A DNA stretch of 34,352 nt from Bdellovibrionota bacterium FG-2 (GTDB lineage: Bacteria; Bdellovibrionota; UBA1018). Position 1 is the first letter of the stretch, and each line of letters begins with the position of its first letter. Shown here one piece after another: positions 8,533 through 17,006 of the stretch. A program made the position numbers and the translations under genes. The notes beneath the pieces are model-generated. The model was given only the letters and a program-made list of their open reading frames with translations, did no database searches and was not told the origin of the DNA. Where the stretch lies: NCBI GenBank assembly GCA_051382305.1, contig JBBCAV010000370.1, positions 1 through 34,352 on the forward strand, read 5' to 3'.

Positions 8533-9114
8533 ATGAAAAAAATAACGACAATCCCACTGCTCTTGATGGCCTTTTGTTTCGTAAACTCCTCGAGCCACGC
8601 CGCTGAACTCACTGTCTTGGGGGGGATTAGCCGTTCCACGCCGGAGTTCGTTCCCGCATCCTTAACGTTCAAAGGTCGAAACTCCTATGGGGGGGGCGCA
8701 CTTTTGGGAATTCGGTTCAAACGGTTTTTTGGACTTGAAGTGGGGGGGCTCTACGTCAATCGCAAATACGGGGATTCTGCGGGTGACATCTGCTTTAACA
8801 CTCTTCAGTTACCTGCCTTGCTTCGTTTTCGGCTCCTGCCGATGCTCTCGTTTGGAGTGGGCGGTTATTATACGATGGGAATCGGAAACGTGACTTTCGG
8901 AACAGCCACGAGCACCTTCGCGGACGCCGCTCTTAAGAAGTCGGACTATGGTGTAGTCGGGGACGCGCGACTGAGGCTTCCCTTGGTTCCGACCTTGGGG
9001 TTCATTGTTGATTTTCGCTACCTGTATGGCCTAGGCGACTACAGCACCCTCAGTGCGAAGAATCTTTATTTGACTGATGTCCAGCTTTTTGCAGGACTTC
9101 AGTTCGGGCTGTAA
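8533..9114 (+). CDS. Outer-membrane beta-barrel protein (PorT/OmpA-like)
   Basis: Signal peptide ending SHA-A; alternating strands (GLEVGGLYVNR, LQLPALLRF, DFRYLYGL); C-terminal QLFAGLQFGL; GAGGAG RBS. Confidence 0.85.
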   Translation: MKKITTIPLLLMAFCFVNSSSHAAELTVLGGISRSTPEFVPASLTFKGRNSYGGGALLGIRFKRFFGLEVGGLYVNRKYGDSAGDICFNTLQLPALLRFRLLPMLSFGVGGYYTMGIGNVTFGTATSTFADAALKKSDYGVVGDARLRLPLVPTLGFIVDFRYLYGLGDYSTLSAKNLYLTDVQLFAGLQFGL

Positions 9115-9213
9115 GCCCTCCCCGAGGGAAGGTGAGTGTTCCAATAGAATTGGAACACTATCTTTTGCAAGGCTGTTGTCATATTGCGGCAGTCTTTGTA
9201 CGTTCAAAGTCCA

Positions 9214-9745
9214 ATGAAAGACTACGGCGTCGATATTGCCCAAATTGCGATTCAAAAATTTTTGTTGGAAAAGATGGAGTCCAGCCAAAAACCCCACTTT
9301 CTCCTTGCGAGCATTTGCGCGCAAACTAGGAATTCATGCGCCCGCCCTGCGCGAGATTCTCAATGGCCGTCGAAAAGTTTCAAAAAAGTTGCTCACGAAA
9401 ATTGCAGAGAGTCTTCCCGGGGAGTCAGTCAAAATTAAGGAGCTCTCGCAACTCCTCTCTCCTAAAAAAGCCCGCACTGGCCACCCGGATCGCTCACGCG
9501 CTCGGTATATTCAAATCGATCCTGATCGTTTTCACACCATTGCCGATTGGTACCATTTTGGAATTCTGTCCCTGGCGGAAACCCCCACCTTCAAAGCCGA
9601 TCCTAAGTGGATTGCCGCCGTTTTGCATATCAATGAAAAAGCAGCGAAGGTTGCTCTCGATCGTCTCTTGCGATTAGGGCTTCTATGTAGTAGCTCTTTC
9701 GGTTTCCGTTGTGAGACAAATTCTAGAATGGTCCCGGCATTCTAA
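9214..9745 (+). pseudogene. TIGR02147/DUF4423-type HTH protein, frameshifted and truncated
   Basis: MKDYGVDIAQIAIQKFLLEKMESS from ATG 9214 is in a different frame from KNPTFSLRAFARKLG...ILNGRR...IADWYHFGILSL...WIA..L....A..ALDRLLRLGLL; similarity ends near 9690. Confidence 0.7.
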
Positions 9746-9791
9746 CGAAGACGTATATATATGGGGACGAAGACTTTAGGGGCCGGGGGTG

Positions 9792-9845
9792 TGTCATCAA
9801 TTGTCATATGTAAGAATTGACATTTAATGACATTCGTTGTATCCT
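9792..9845 (+). promoter_or_regulatory. Sigma70 promoter overlapped by a four-box operator
   Basis: TTGACA (9817-9822), 17-nt spacer, TATCCT (9840-9845); TGTCA at 9792 and 9802, TGACA at 9818 and 9828, symmetric about 9812. Confidence 0.7.
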
Positions 9846-9855
9846 CGTTCATGAG

Positions 9856-10119
9856 ATGAAAGCGGTTTTTCGTGGCCACCACTACGTCGTCATATTTACG
9901 AACCACGCGCAGGCGCAGATGGTTTTGCGTGGTTTAGATGAGGCAATCATTCTTGAAGTAATTGAAAACGGTGAAATCAAGGAAAAGGATTCGAAGAATA
10001 AGTTCTGGGTGTTTAAAACGATTGGTGGCAGAAGAGATAATATGGTCGCAGTCTCCGTTGCAATTGAGGCCCCTCGTCTCATTGTCATCACGGCGATGGT
10101 ACATTGGAGGCCTAAATGA
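9856..10119 (+). CDS. DUF4258-like small protein (putative RelE/BrnT-fold toxin)
   Basis: IFTNHAQAQMVLRGL....I..VI..G...LIVITAM pattern; start moved to ATG 9856 because the annotated TTG is the -35 box. Confidence 0.7.
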   Translation: MKAVFRGHHYVVIFTNHAQAQMVLRGLDEAIILEVIENGEIKEKDSKNKFWVFKTIGGRRDNMVAVSVAIEAPRLIVITAMVHWRPK

Positions 10120-10430
10120 AGATTTCTTATGACAAAAAAGCAAACGCTTTGGCACTTATTATGAGAGATGGAAGAATTTCTAAGGACGTAGAAATCGCAG
10201 AAAACGTATTTGCAGGGTTTGATCGCCTCGGCAATCTCATCGAAATCCAGTTTCTTGAAGTTTCTGCGAACGAGCATCCCTGGCTCACGCTTGATGCTGC
10301 AGCCAAGTACCTTGAAGTCTCGGAACGTACCCTTTTGCGCTGGATCAAGAGTGGCAAGCTAAAACCTTCAAAAGTGGGCCGCGAGTACCGCATTAAACCA
10401 GAGGATCTAAAGAAGATCGCTTCGGCGTGA
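10116..10430 (+). CDS. DUF2283-like domain fused to an excisionase-type HTH (HTH_17); putative antitoxin/regulator
   Basis: MKISYDKKANALAL...FDRLGNLIEIQFL followed by WLTLDAAAKYLEVSERTLLRWIKSGKL...KVGREYRI; 4-nt overlap with the upstream gene. Confidence 0.8.
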   Translation: MKISYDKKANALALIMRDGRISKDVEIAENVFAGFDRLGNLIEIQFLEVSANEHPWLTLDAAAKYLEVSERTLLRWIKSGKLKPSKVGREYRIKPEDLKKIASA

Positions 10431-10466
10431 GGGGGCTTTTGGCGCCAAACCAAACAGTGCTCTTCA

Positions 10467-10821
10467 TGATCTACTCCCCAACCGCGCCCCAAACCGCACA
10501 CAGCGTTCTTGAATTGCGGGTTCGTCATAGCGACTCGTCACCAAAATACTTTGCGGAGCCATGCCCAGTCTCTCTTGACCCCACCAGCTCATAGTCACAC
10601 AGATACAGCGGGCTATCGCCGGCTTCGCCCACGCCTAGGCTCGCCCGAAACCATTTCGAAATTTCCTGCGCGGAATAGAAATGCAGCACGACCCTTGTTT
10701 CGCCAGTCGGCCTCTGCAACCCCAATCGCCCCTCCCAAATCTTATGAATGCCGGGGTCATCATCCAATACGACAATCGTCTGCACGCCTTCCACCACACC
10801 TTTTTTTAAATCTATCCCCAA
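10467..10821 (-). pseudogene. Remnant of a receiver-like C-terminal domain of a sensor kinase
   Basis: IVVLDDDPGIHKIW...LYLCDYELVGSRETG, continuing in another frame as SILVTSRYDEPAIQERCVRFGARL; no upstream kinase body. Confidence 0.6.
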
Positions 10822-10849
10822 CGGGTACCAACGGCGCCTTTAAGGTCTG

Positions 10850-11285
10850 AATCATAGCGAGATGCGTCCGCCAGAACATGAGTCGGTTTTTTGTTTAAGT
10901 TTGTTTTAGTTTTTCTAGCGCGATCCGATGTAGATAGTAATTGGTGTTACTATTCTTCATTGAGATCACCTCCTTTCTTTTTGCGAAGAAGGGAGGTACT
11001 TTCTCTGCCCTGTTTGGTTTGGCGGAAGCGACCAGAGCAAAATCGATACCAGGAATCATCGCCATGCCTACGCCGATCCCTGGCCCACAATCGGATCAAA
11101 GGGCCGAAACTCGGATTGCTGAGGAAAGAAAAGCCTACGTCCGCGCAGAATCCCGTTATCTCAGTGTCGGATAAGTCAAATCATTCGTGATCTGCCAGGG
11201 CCCGGTGAGTGAAAAGTCCCAACTTGCGTCGTAATTGGCTAGCTCGGCCTGAATTTTTTGCCCGGAACCTGTGGTGACGAGTGAA
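10850..11285 (-). ncRNA. Candidate structured RNA with a c-di-GMP-I (GEMM-I)-like core
   Basis: TATAAT at 11291-11296; GGGCAAA...GACGCAA...TCACCG in the correct order, enclosed by pairing segments; followed by a series of hairpins, several with G-U pairs favouring the minus strand. Confidence 0.45.
10895..10960 (-). CDS. Small ORF, 21 aa (MKNSNTNYYLHRIALEKLKQT)
   Basis: ATG preceded by AGAAAGGAGGTGATC (10964-10978), a 15-nt complement of the 16S rRNA 3' tail. Confidence 0.45.
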   Translation of the reverse strand: MKNSNTNYYLHRIALEKLKQT

Positions 11286-11332
11286 CCCGTATTATACGAA
11301 AGAGGGACGACACTGCTTGTTTTCGCATAGGA

Positions 11333-12982
11333 TTAGAGGATATTGCCATCACCGTAGTACGCAAGATACCCTAAACTACCGGTCCCGTTTGCGGTGCCTA
11401 AAGCATAGACGCGTTGGATGGTTGCACCCGGAATCAATGAGAACCCCGCGCCATAAGCCGACGATGCAGAAACTGCTAGCGTAGGGCCTGGAATGGGTAA
11501 AGCGATGTAGCTCGTTAAGGTGGTGCATCCCGTTGAGCCATTGCCAGCATAGTCGACGACCCTTGCGTAGATGGTGGTCGTCGCATTGATGGGGACGGTG
11601 GCGGTTATTCCCGTAGTTTTAAATACGGTATTTGTTCCGTTGCCGAGGACAGAAGTTGAGCAGCCCCCGTCGCTGTAGAGATTCACGGTGCTTGCATCAG
11701 CCGAGGTAGAGGTTCCGAGGACCCGCGGTGTGGTTGAGGTGTTCGATGAAGTGGGCGTTGTACTCATAAAGCCCGGAGCATTAGGTGGTGTAGTGTCCAC
11801 CATAAGGGCCGTGCTCACGCAACTAGAGGTCGTATGGTTTCCCGCATTGTCAACGCTGTCTACTTTGAAAGAGTAGGAAGTGCCGTTAATTCCAGTGAAG
11901 TTCTTGAGTTGAGGATTGGCAGTGATGGCAACCGAGGAGGCCGTAGGGCTGCCTGTGCAGTCGATGGTGGCGTAAACAAGAACGGATTGGGAGGCGAGAT
12001 CTGAAGCGGTGGATTTACTCCACTGCGCGGAGAGGGAAGTTGACGCGATGGCGTTGGTGTTTGCGCCGCATATTCCGCTAGGGCAGGAGTTGCCAGAGGC
12101 ACTCCAGGTCAGAGCCGAAGCAGCGGATGGGGCAGTATTGTCGAGTACGGCAGACGCGTGAACGACGTCGGATTCGTTCCCCGCTGCATCTCTTGCTTGC
12201 ACGTGAATGTAGTAAGTTCCTGTGCCCGATGATTGGCTGGTAGAGGTTGTGGAATCAAAGCTACTTGAGGGACTTGTCGATGCGAAGGTGTCTATTGTGT
12301 AGCGGTAGTCGCAGGGTGATGTCGAACAATTCGTAGAACCACTCCAAGACCAACTCTTTGTCATTTTTACACTCGGATCGTCGCTCAATCCGCTCACGCT
12401 CGGCCTTGATCCTGTCGCGCCTGCTGTATGGGTTTTTGTGTCGCTCACAGCGTTTCCAGCTACATCATGCGCTCCGCTGGCTGCGATGGTGATGTCTCTA
12501 CCGTTAAACATGTTACCTGAACTCCAGGTGAGAGCGTAGGTGTTGTCGCTTACCAGGGAAACGCTCGTAGGGTTTGCGGCTAAGGTTCCTTTGCCGGTTC
12601 CAGAGAGGACGTAGTTTGCAGGTGTCGTCACTCCCTCCCCCATGGCTTCACTGAATGTCACGTTTATTGCTAATCCACTTTGACCGGCGACGGAGTTGAG
12701 AAGAGGCGCCGTCGTGTCGGGCGCAACCGCAACGGGAAGAATAATTTCGATGAATAGAGTGATCGTTACCGAACCTGCAGAGTTGGTTGCGGTGATCGTA
12801 TAGGCAGTAGGGGGTTGCGCAGACAGAGGTGTTCCAGAAATAATTCCAAGAGACGGATCGAGGGTCAATCCTGGTGGAAGATCCGGCGTGACTGCAAAGA
12901 AGTTTGGATTACCCTGGGTTTGTGGAACTAGGGCGGGGATTGCGGTGCCCGCTGAATAGGCCGAGCTTACGGTTCCGCTATA
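11333..12982 (-). pseudogene. Fragment of a large Ser/Thr/Gly-rich Ig-like repeat surface protein
   Basis: LPPGLTLDPSLGIISGTP...YTITATNSAG (putative Ig), repeated DTTAP/DNTAP/DTTPP and DxAGN motifs; frame open to 12982 then TGA, no signal peptide or credible start. Confidence 0.7.
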
Positions 12983-13173
12983 TCATTAGTTGATCACTTT
13001 GGTTCACTATTTTGGCTGAGTTTGCCGCCCGTCGGTAACCGACTTTAGATCTTCCGGGGTGACGTTGATTATTGCTTTTAATATTATGCCTTTGTGGGTG
13101 GTGTTCCTGATTGGAGAGCGGGGGCCGCGCTGATATGTGCGGTGACGCATTGCGTGACGTGACTCCCCATCCC

Positions 13174-16100
13174 TCAGCGATCCAATAACTTATACACACA
13201 CGGAACGACAAACAACGTGAGCACCGTTGACACCATTACCCCACCAATCACCGCAAGGGCCATCGGGATTCGGCTTTCTGCGCCTGGGCCAATGGCGAGT
13301 GCTGGCGGAATCGCTCCTGCAATCGTCGCCAGTGAGGTCATGAGAATCGGGCGCAATCGAATGGGGCAAGCTTGGATGAGCGCTTCGCGCGTGGCTAAGC
13401 CCTGCTCCTTCATGTGATTGGTAAACTCGACGAGGAGAATCGAATTCTTTTTCACGATCCCCATCAATAGAATCAATCCGATCATGCTGTAAATGTTCAG
13501 GGTCTGACCGCTGAGATACAGCGCAATGAATGCGCCCGACACGCTAAAGGGAAGCGCAATCAGAATTGTCACGGGGTGAATAAAACTATTAAACTGCGAG
13601 GCCAGGACCATGTACGAAACTAAAATTCCCAAGAATAAAGCAAAAAACAGTCCCTGAAACGATTCTTGAAAAGTCTTGGCGCTGCCGCTGACGACCGCGG
13701 CGTAGCCTGAGGGGAGAATGTCTTTCGTGATTTTTTGAACGGCCGTAATCGTTTCGGCTTGGGAGCTTGTGAGCGCGACGTTGGCCCTCACGCTGATCGC
13801 TCGTTGCCGGTCTTCTCTGGAAATCGCTTGCAATGCCGGCTTTTGGACCAAATTCACCACGTTCCTTAGTGGAATCAATTCGCCTTGGCTGTTTCGCACC
13901 GTGAGACCCTTGATGGCTTCGAGCGAGCCGCGAGATTCAGGAGGCAGACTCACTCGCACGTCATAGCGACGGCCGCCTTGCGAATATTTTCCGGCAATCG
14001 CGCCCGCCATCATGACACTGACGGTCTGTGAAATCTCAGAAACATCCACGCCATATTGCCGAGCCTTGAGGCGATCGGGGATGACCTGAATCTCTGGCAT
14101 GCCCTCTTGATAATTCGTATCGATATCGGTCATGAGCCCGGTTTTTTCCATCGCTTCGGTCGTCTTTTTTGAGAGCGCGATTAACTGGCCAAAATCAGAG
14201 CCTTTGATGGTGAATTGGACGGGAAAACTCCGGTTGCCCCCCAGGCCTGAGAGGGAGGGGTCTTGAATCGTGATGCGCGCTCCTTTGACCTTTTTCAAAT
14301 CCTTGCGGTATTCTCCTGCGAGTTTCTGCGCACTGAGTTTTCTCTCACCTGCGGGTTTTAAGGTGAGAAAAATTCCACCGGCATTGATTTGGTTGTGGTC
14401 CCCCACGGAACTTAGATAGCCTTCGACCTCAGGCCGTTTGGAAAAATAGTTCTCGATCTCAATCATTCGCTCGTTGGTAAAGGCAAGCGATGATCCTACC
14501 GGTGTTTGAATGCGAATCATGAGTCGGCTTTGGTCCTGCGCGGGTACGAATTCTTGCTTTAAAAGTTTGCCAATGAAGAGCGTTCCCAAAAAGAACAAAC
14601 ACGCCACCATGATTGTGATCCAGGGGTGATTCAGTGTGGTGGGTATCGCTTTGCTGTAAAGTTTCGCGGCCCCGTTAAAGGAGCTTTCCACCAGAATTCC
14701 TAGCCAAGAAGTTCGTTTGGAAACAACTAGGAAACGCGAACAGCGCATCGGCGTAAGTGTCAGGGCTTCGAGAAGCGAGATAGCGACGGCCACCGAAAGC
14801 GTGATTCCGAATTGCAGAAAATATTTGCCAATCACGCCTTCCATTAAAGTGACGGGTAGAAAAATGGCGATGATCGCAGCGGTGGCGGCCATGGCGGCCA
14901 TCGTGATTTCTTTGGCGCCATCAAGGGAGGCTTGGACGCGATCTTTGCCCAGAGATTTGTGGCGTACGATGTTTTCCAGAACCATGATCGCATCATCCAC
15001 GACAATGCCGATGGCCAGTGAGAGTCCCAACAGCGTGAACGTATTGAGGGTAAAACCCAGCGCTTTAAGAGCGATAAAACTCCCTACAACCGAGGTCGGG
15101 ATCGCGAGAATCACGTTAATCGTCGCTGACCAGGAACCTAAAAAGATCCAGCACACAAGGGCCGTCAGGAGTGCCGACAAAATGAGCGTAAAATTAAGTT
15201 CACTCACGGACTCCTTGATGAACTGGGTCATGTCGAAGCGCACATTGATTTCGACCCCTTTGGGTAATTGAGCCGCCACTTCTTGCATTCGGGCTTTAAC
15301 CAGTTTGGCGACTTCTACGGAATTGGATCCTGGCTGTTTCTTGATGCCTAGGCCCACCGCGAGTTTTCCCTGCGCTCGACTGAGACTTCTAACGTCGGCG
15401 GTCCCATTTTCAACCTTTGCGACTTCATTGAGCGCAATCGGCCGGTAATTGCGAGAGCCGCCGCGACGGTTGATCGCAATGTTTCCAAAATCCTTTACCG
15501 TAGGCGCCTCTCCCAGAGTGCGGATATTCATCTCTTTGGCTTGGGTTTCTACTCTGCCTCCGGGTTTCTCGGAGTGCTCTCGTTGGATCGCACTAATCAC
15601 GTCCGATGAGGTCATTTGAAAACGATTGAGTTTTTCTTGATCAAGCCAGACGCGTAGATTGGGATCAATAAAACCTTGCAGCCGCACTTCGCCCACGCCT
15701 TCAATAGTCGAGAAGCGATCTTGCACTTGATCACGAACAAGTGTCATGAGTTCTTGCCTGGAAAGTTGCTCTGCGGTGACGGTGAGCCACAAAATGGGTT
15801 GATCTTCGGGATTGGATTTTCGCACTGAAGGTGCATCGATATCCACGGGGAGCTTATTTGTGACGCGACTTAGGGCACTTTGGATTTCTTGAACTGCGAC
15901 ATTGATGTCTTTATCTAAACCAAACTCGACCGAAACGCTGGCCTCTCCCACGCGGGCGGTTGAAGTCATTGATTTAATGCCGGAGACTGAAGTGAGGGCG
16001 CCTTCAATGACATCGACCACACCAAGCTCCATGACTTCGGGCGAGGCGCCATTAAGGGCTACACTCACACTCACGACGGGAAAGTCCACATCCGGCAATT

Positions 16101-16206
16101 GACTCACGCCCATGCGATTAAAGGCGATGCCGCCAAAAATCAGGAGAGCGGCCATGATCATCCACGCGAAGACGTGATTCTTGATCGAGATTTCAGGTAA
16201 ACTCAT
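13174..16206 (-). CDS. RND efflux permease (AcrB/AcrD/AcrF family)
   Basis: 1010 aa; LPDVDFP, GIVVDDAIMVLEN, GIVKKNSILLVEF, RLRPILMT; proton-relay residues intact. Confidence 0.96.
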   Translation of the reverse strand: MSLPEISIKNHVFAWMIMAALLIFGGIAFNRMGVSQLPDVDFPVVSVSVALNGASPEVMELGVVDVIEGALTSVSGIKSMTSTARVGEASVSVEFGLDKDINVAVQEIQSALSRVTNKLPVDIDAPSVRKSNPEDQPILWLTVTAEQLSRQELMTLVRDQVQDRFSTIEGVGEVRLQGFIDPNLRVWLDQEKLNRFQMTSSDVISAIQREHSEKPGGRVETQAKEMNIRTLGEAPTVKDFGNIAINRRGGSRNYRPIALNEVAKVENGTADVRSLSRAQGKLAVGLGIKKQPGSNSVEVAKLVKARMQEVAAQLPKGVEINVRFDMTQFIKESVSELNFTLILSALLTALVCWIFLGSWSATINVILAIPTSVVGSFIALKALGFTLNTFTLLGLSLAIGIVVDDAIMVLENIVRHKSLGKDRVQASLDGAKEITMAAMAATAAIIAIFLPVTLMEGVIGKYFLQFGITLSVAVAISLLEALTLTPMRCSRFLVVSKRTSWLGILVESSFNGAAKLYSKAIPTTLNHPWITIMVACLFFLGTLFIGKLLKQEFVPAQDQSRLMIRIQTPVGSSLAFTNERMIEIENYFSKRPEVEGYLSSVGDHNQINAGGIFLTLKPAGERKLSAQKLAGEYRKDLKKVKGARITIQDPSLSGLGGNRSFPVQFTIKGSDFGQLIALSKKTTEAMEKTGLMTDIDTNYQEGMPEIQVIPDRLKARQYGVDVSEISQTVSVMMAGAIAGKYSQGGRRYDVRVSLPPESRGSLEAIKGLTVRNSQGELIPLRNVVNLVQKPALQAISREDRQRAISVRANVALTSSQAETITAVQKITKDILPSGYAAVVSGSAKTFQESFQGLFFALFLGILVSYMVLASQFNSFIHPVTILIALPFSVSGAFIALYLSGQTLNIYSMIGLILLMGIVKKNSILLVEFTNHMKEQGLATREALIQACPIRLRPILMTSLATIAGAIPPALAIGPGAESRIPMALAVIGGVMVSTVLTLFVVPCVYKLLDR

Positions 16207-17003
16207 GGGGTTCCTTTAAAATCCTTTACCGCTCTCCAAACCGAGTGGGCGAGAAGTTCTGCGCCCAAAAGAAAAACGGACACTTCCGTGGCTTGGTTTG
16301 TCGCGCGCGGGTGAAGGGTGGAGGGGAAAACGCCACTGCCGCCGATGTTCTCAACCCAGTGTCTTCTTACCGCCAAAGAATTGCTGATCACAACCGGACC
16401 TTGTGTTCGACCCTTCTCAAATTTTGTTTTCCTACGATGAAACTCCTGCGAATGAAACTCAAAGGAGCTGAATACGGCAACTTTATCTGAAGTGCTCACG
16501 CGCTCCAGGGCCTGATAGCCGAGTCGCAGCGAATAGGAAAACTTCTTTTTTCCGGGTTCGCGAATCGATAGGAGAAAATCAAACTCCCCCTTGAAGAAGC
16601 GCTCTTCAAGTTTGTCGAGGTCATGGATGTCCAGTTCGATTCGATGAACGCCAAGGGATTTCATCAGAAACTCCGCGAGGCGGGCCGCATGCGGGATCAG
16701 ACCCTCTAATGCACCGATTCGAAAATGCTGGGGGGTGTTCTCGCGCTCCAGATTTTGAATTTCCGATTGCAGCAGGTGAGAAGAGCGCGCGTAGATTTCG
16801 GCAAGGCGCAGCGCCGTAGAGGTCCAGCCTGATTTGCGTTTGGACGCGCGATCTAAGAGTGGGACCCCAAGCTCTTTTTCTAGCTTGGCAATAATGCGTG
16901 ACAATTGGGGTTGGGAGAGGCCCACTTGGGTGGCGGCTCCCGAAAGATTTTGAAAAGCCACCGCGCGCGAGAGTACGTTGAGTTCCCAATGAAGAAGTTC
17001 CAC
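16203..17003 (-). CDS. LysR-family transcriptional regulator
   Basis: NLSGAATQVGLSQPQLSRIIAKLEKELGVPLLDR HTH; GTG start; ATGA overlap with the RND gene. Confidence 0.9.
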   Translation of the reverse strand: MELLHWELNVLSRAVAFQNLSGAATQVGLSQPQLSRIIAKLEKELGVPLLDRASKRKSGWTSTALRLAEIYARSSHLLQSEIQNLERENTPQHFRIGALEGLIPHAARLAEFLMKSLGVHRIELDIHDLDKLEERFFKGEFDFLLSIREPGKKKFSYSLRLGYQALERVSTSDKVAVFSSFEFHSQEFHRRKTKFEKGRTQGPVVISNSLAVRRHWVENIGGSGVFPSTLHPRATNQATEVSVFLLGAELLAHSVWRAVKDFKGTP

Positions 17004-17006
17004 GAC

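Noticed and set aside
10964-10978. GATCACCTCCTTTCT as a 16S rRNA gene remnant
   Set aside because: Flanking sequence shows none of the conserved 16S 3' region (e.g. AAGTCGTAACAAGG); it is better explained as an SD on the minus strand
10891-11190. Plus-strand ORFs of 99 aa and 77 aa
   Set aside because: No RBS or recognisable domain; they lie antisense to the structured RNA candidate
12995-13030. Second GEMM-like motif (GGCAAAC...GAACCAAAG, minus strand)
   Set aside because: The GACGC core and supporting stems are missing
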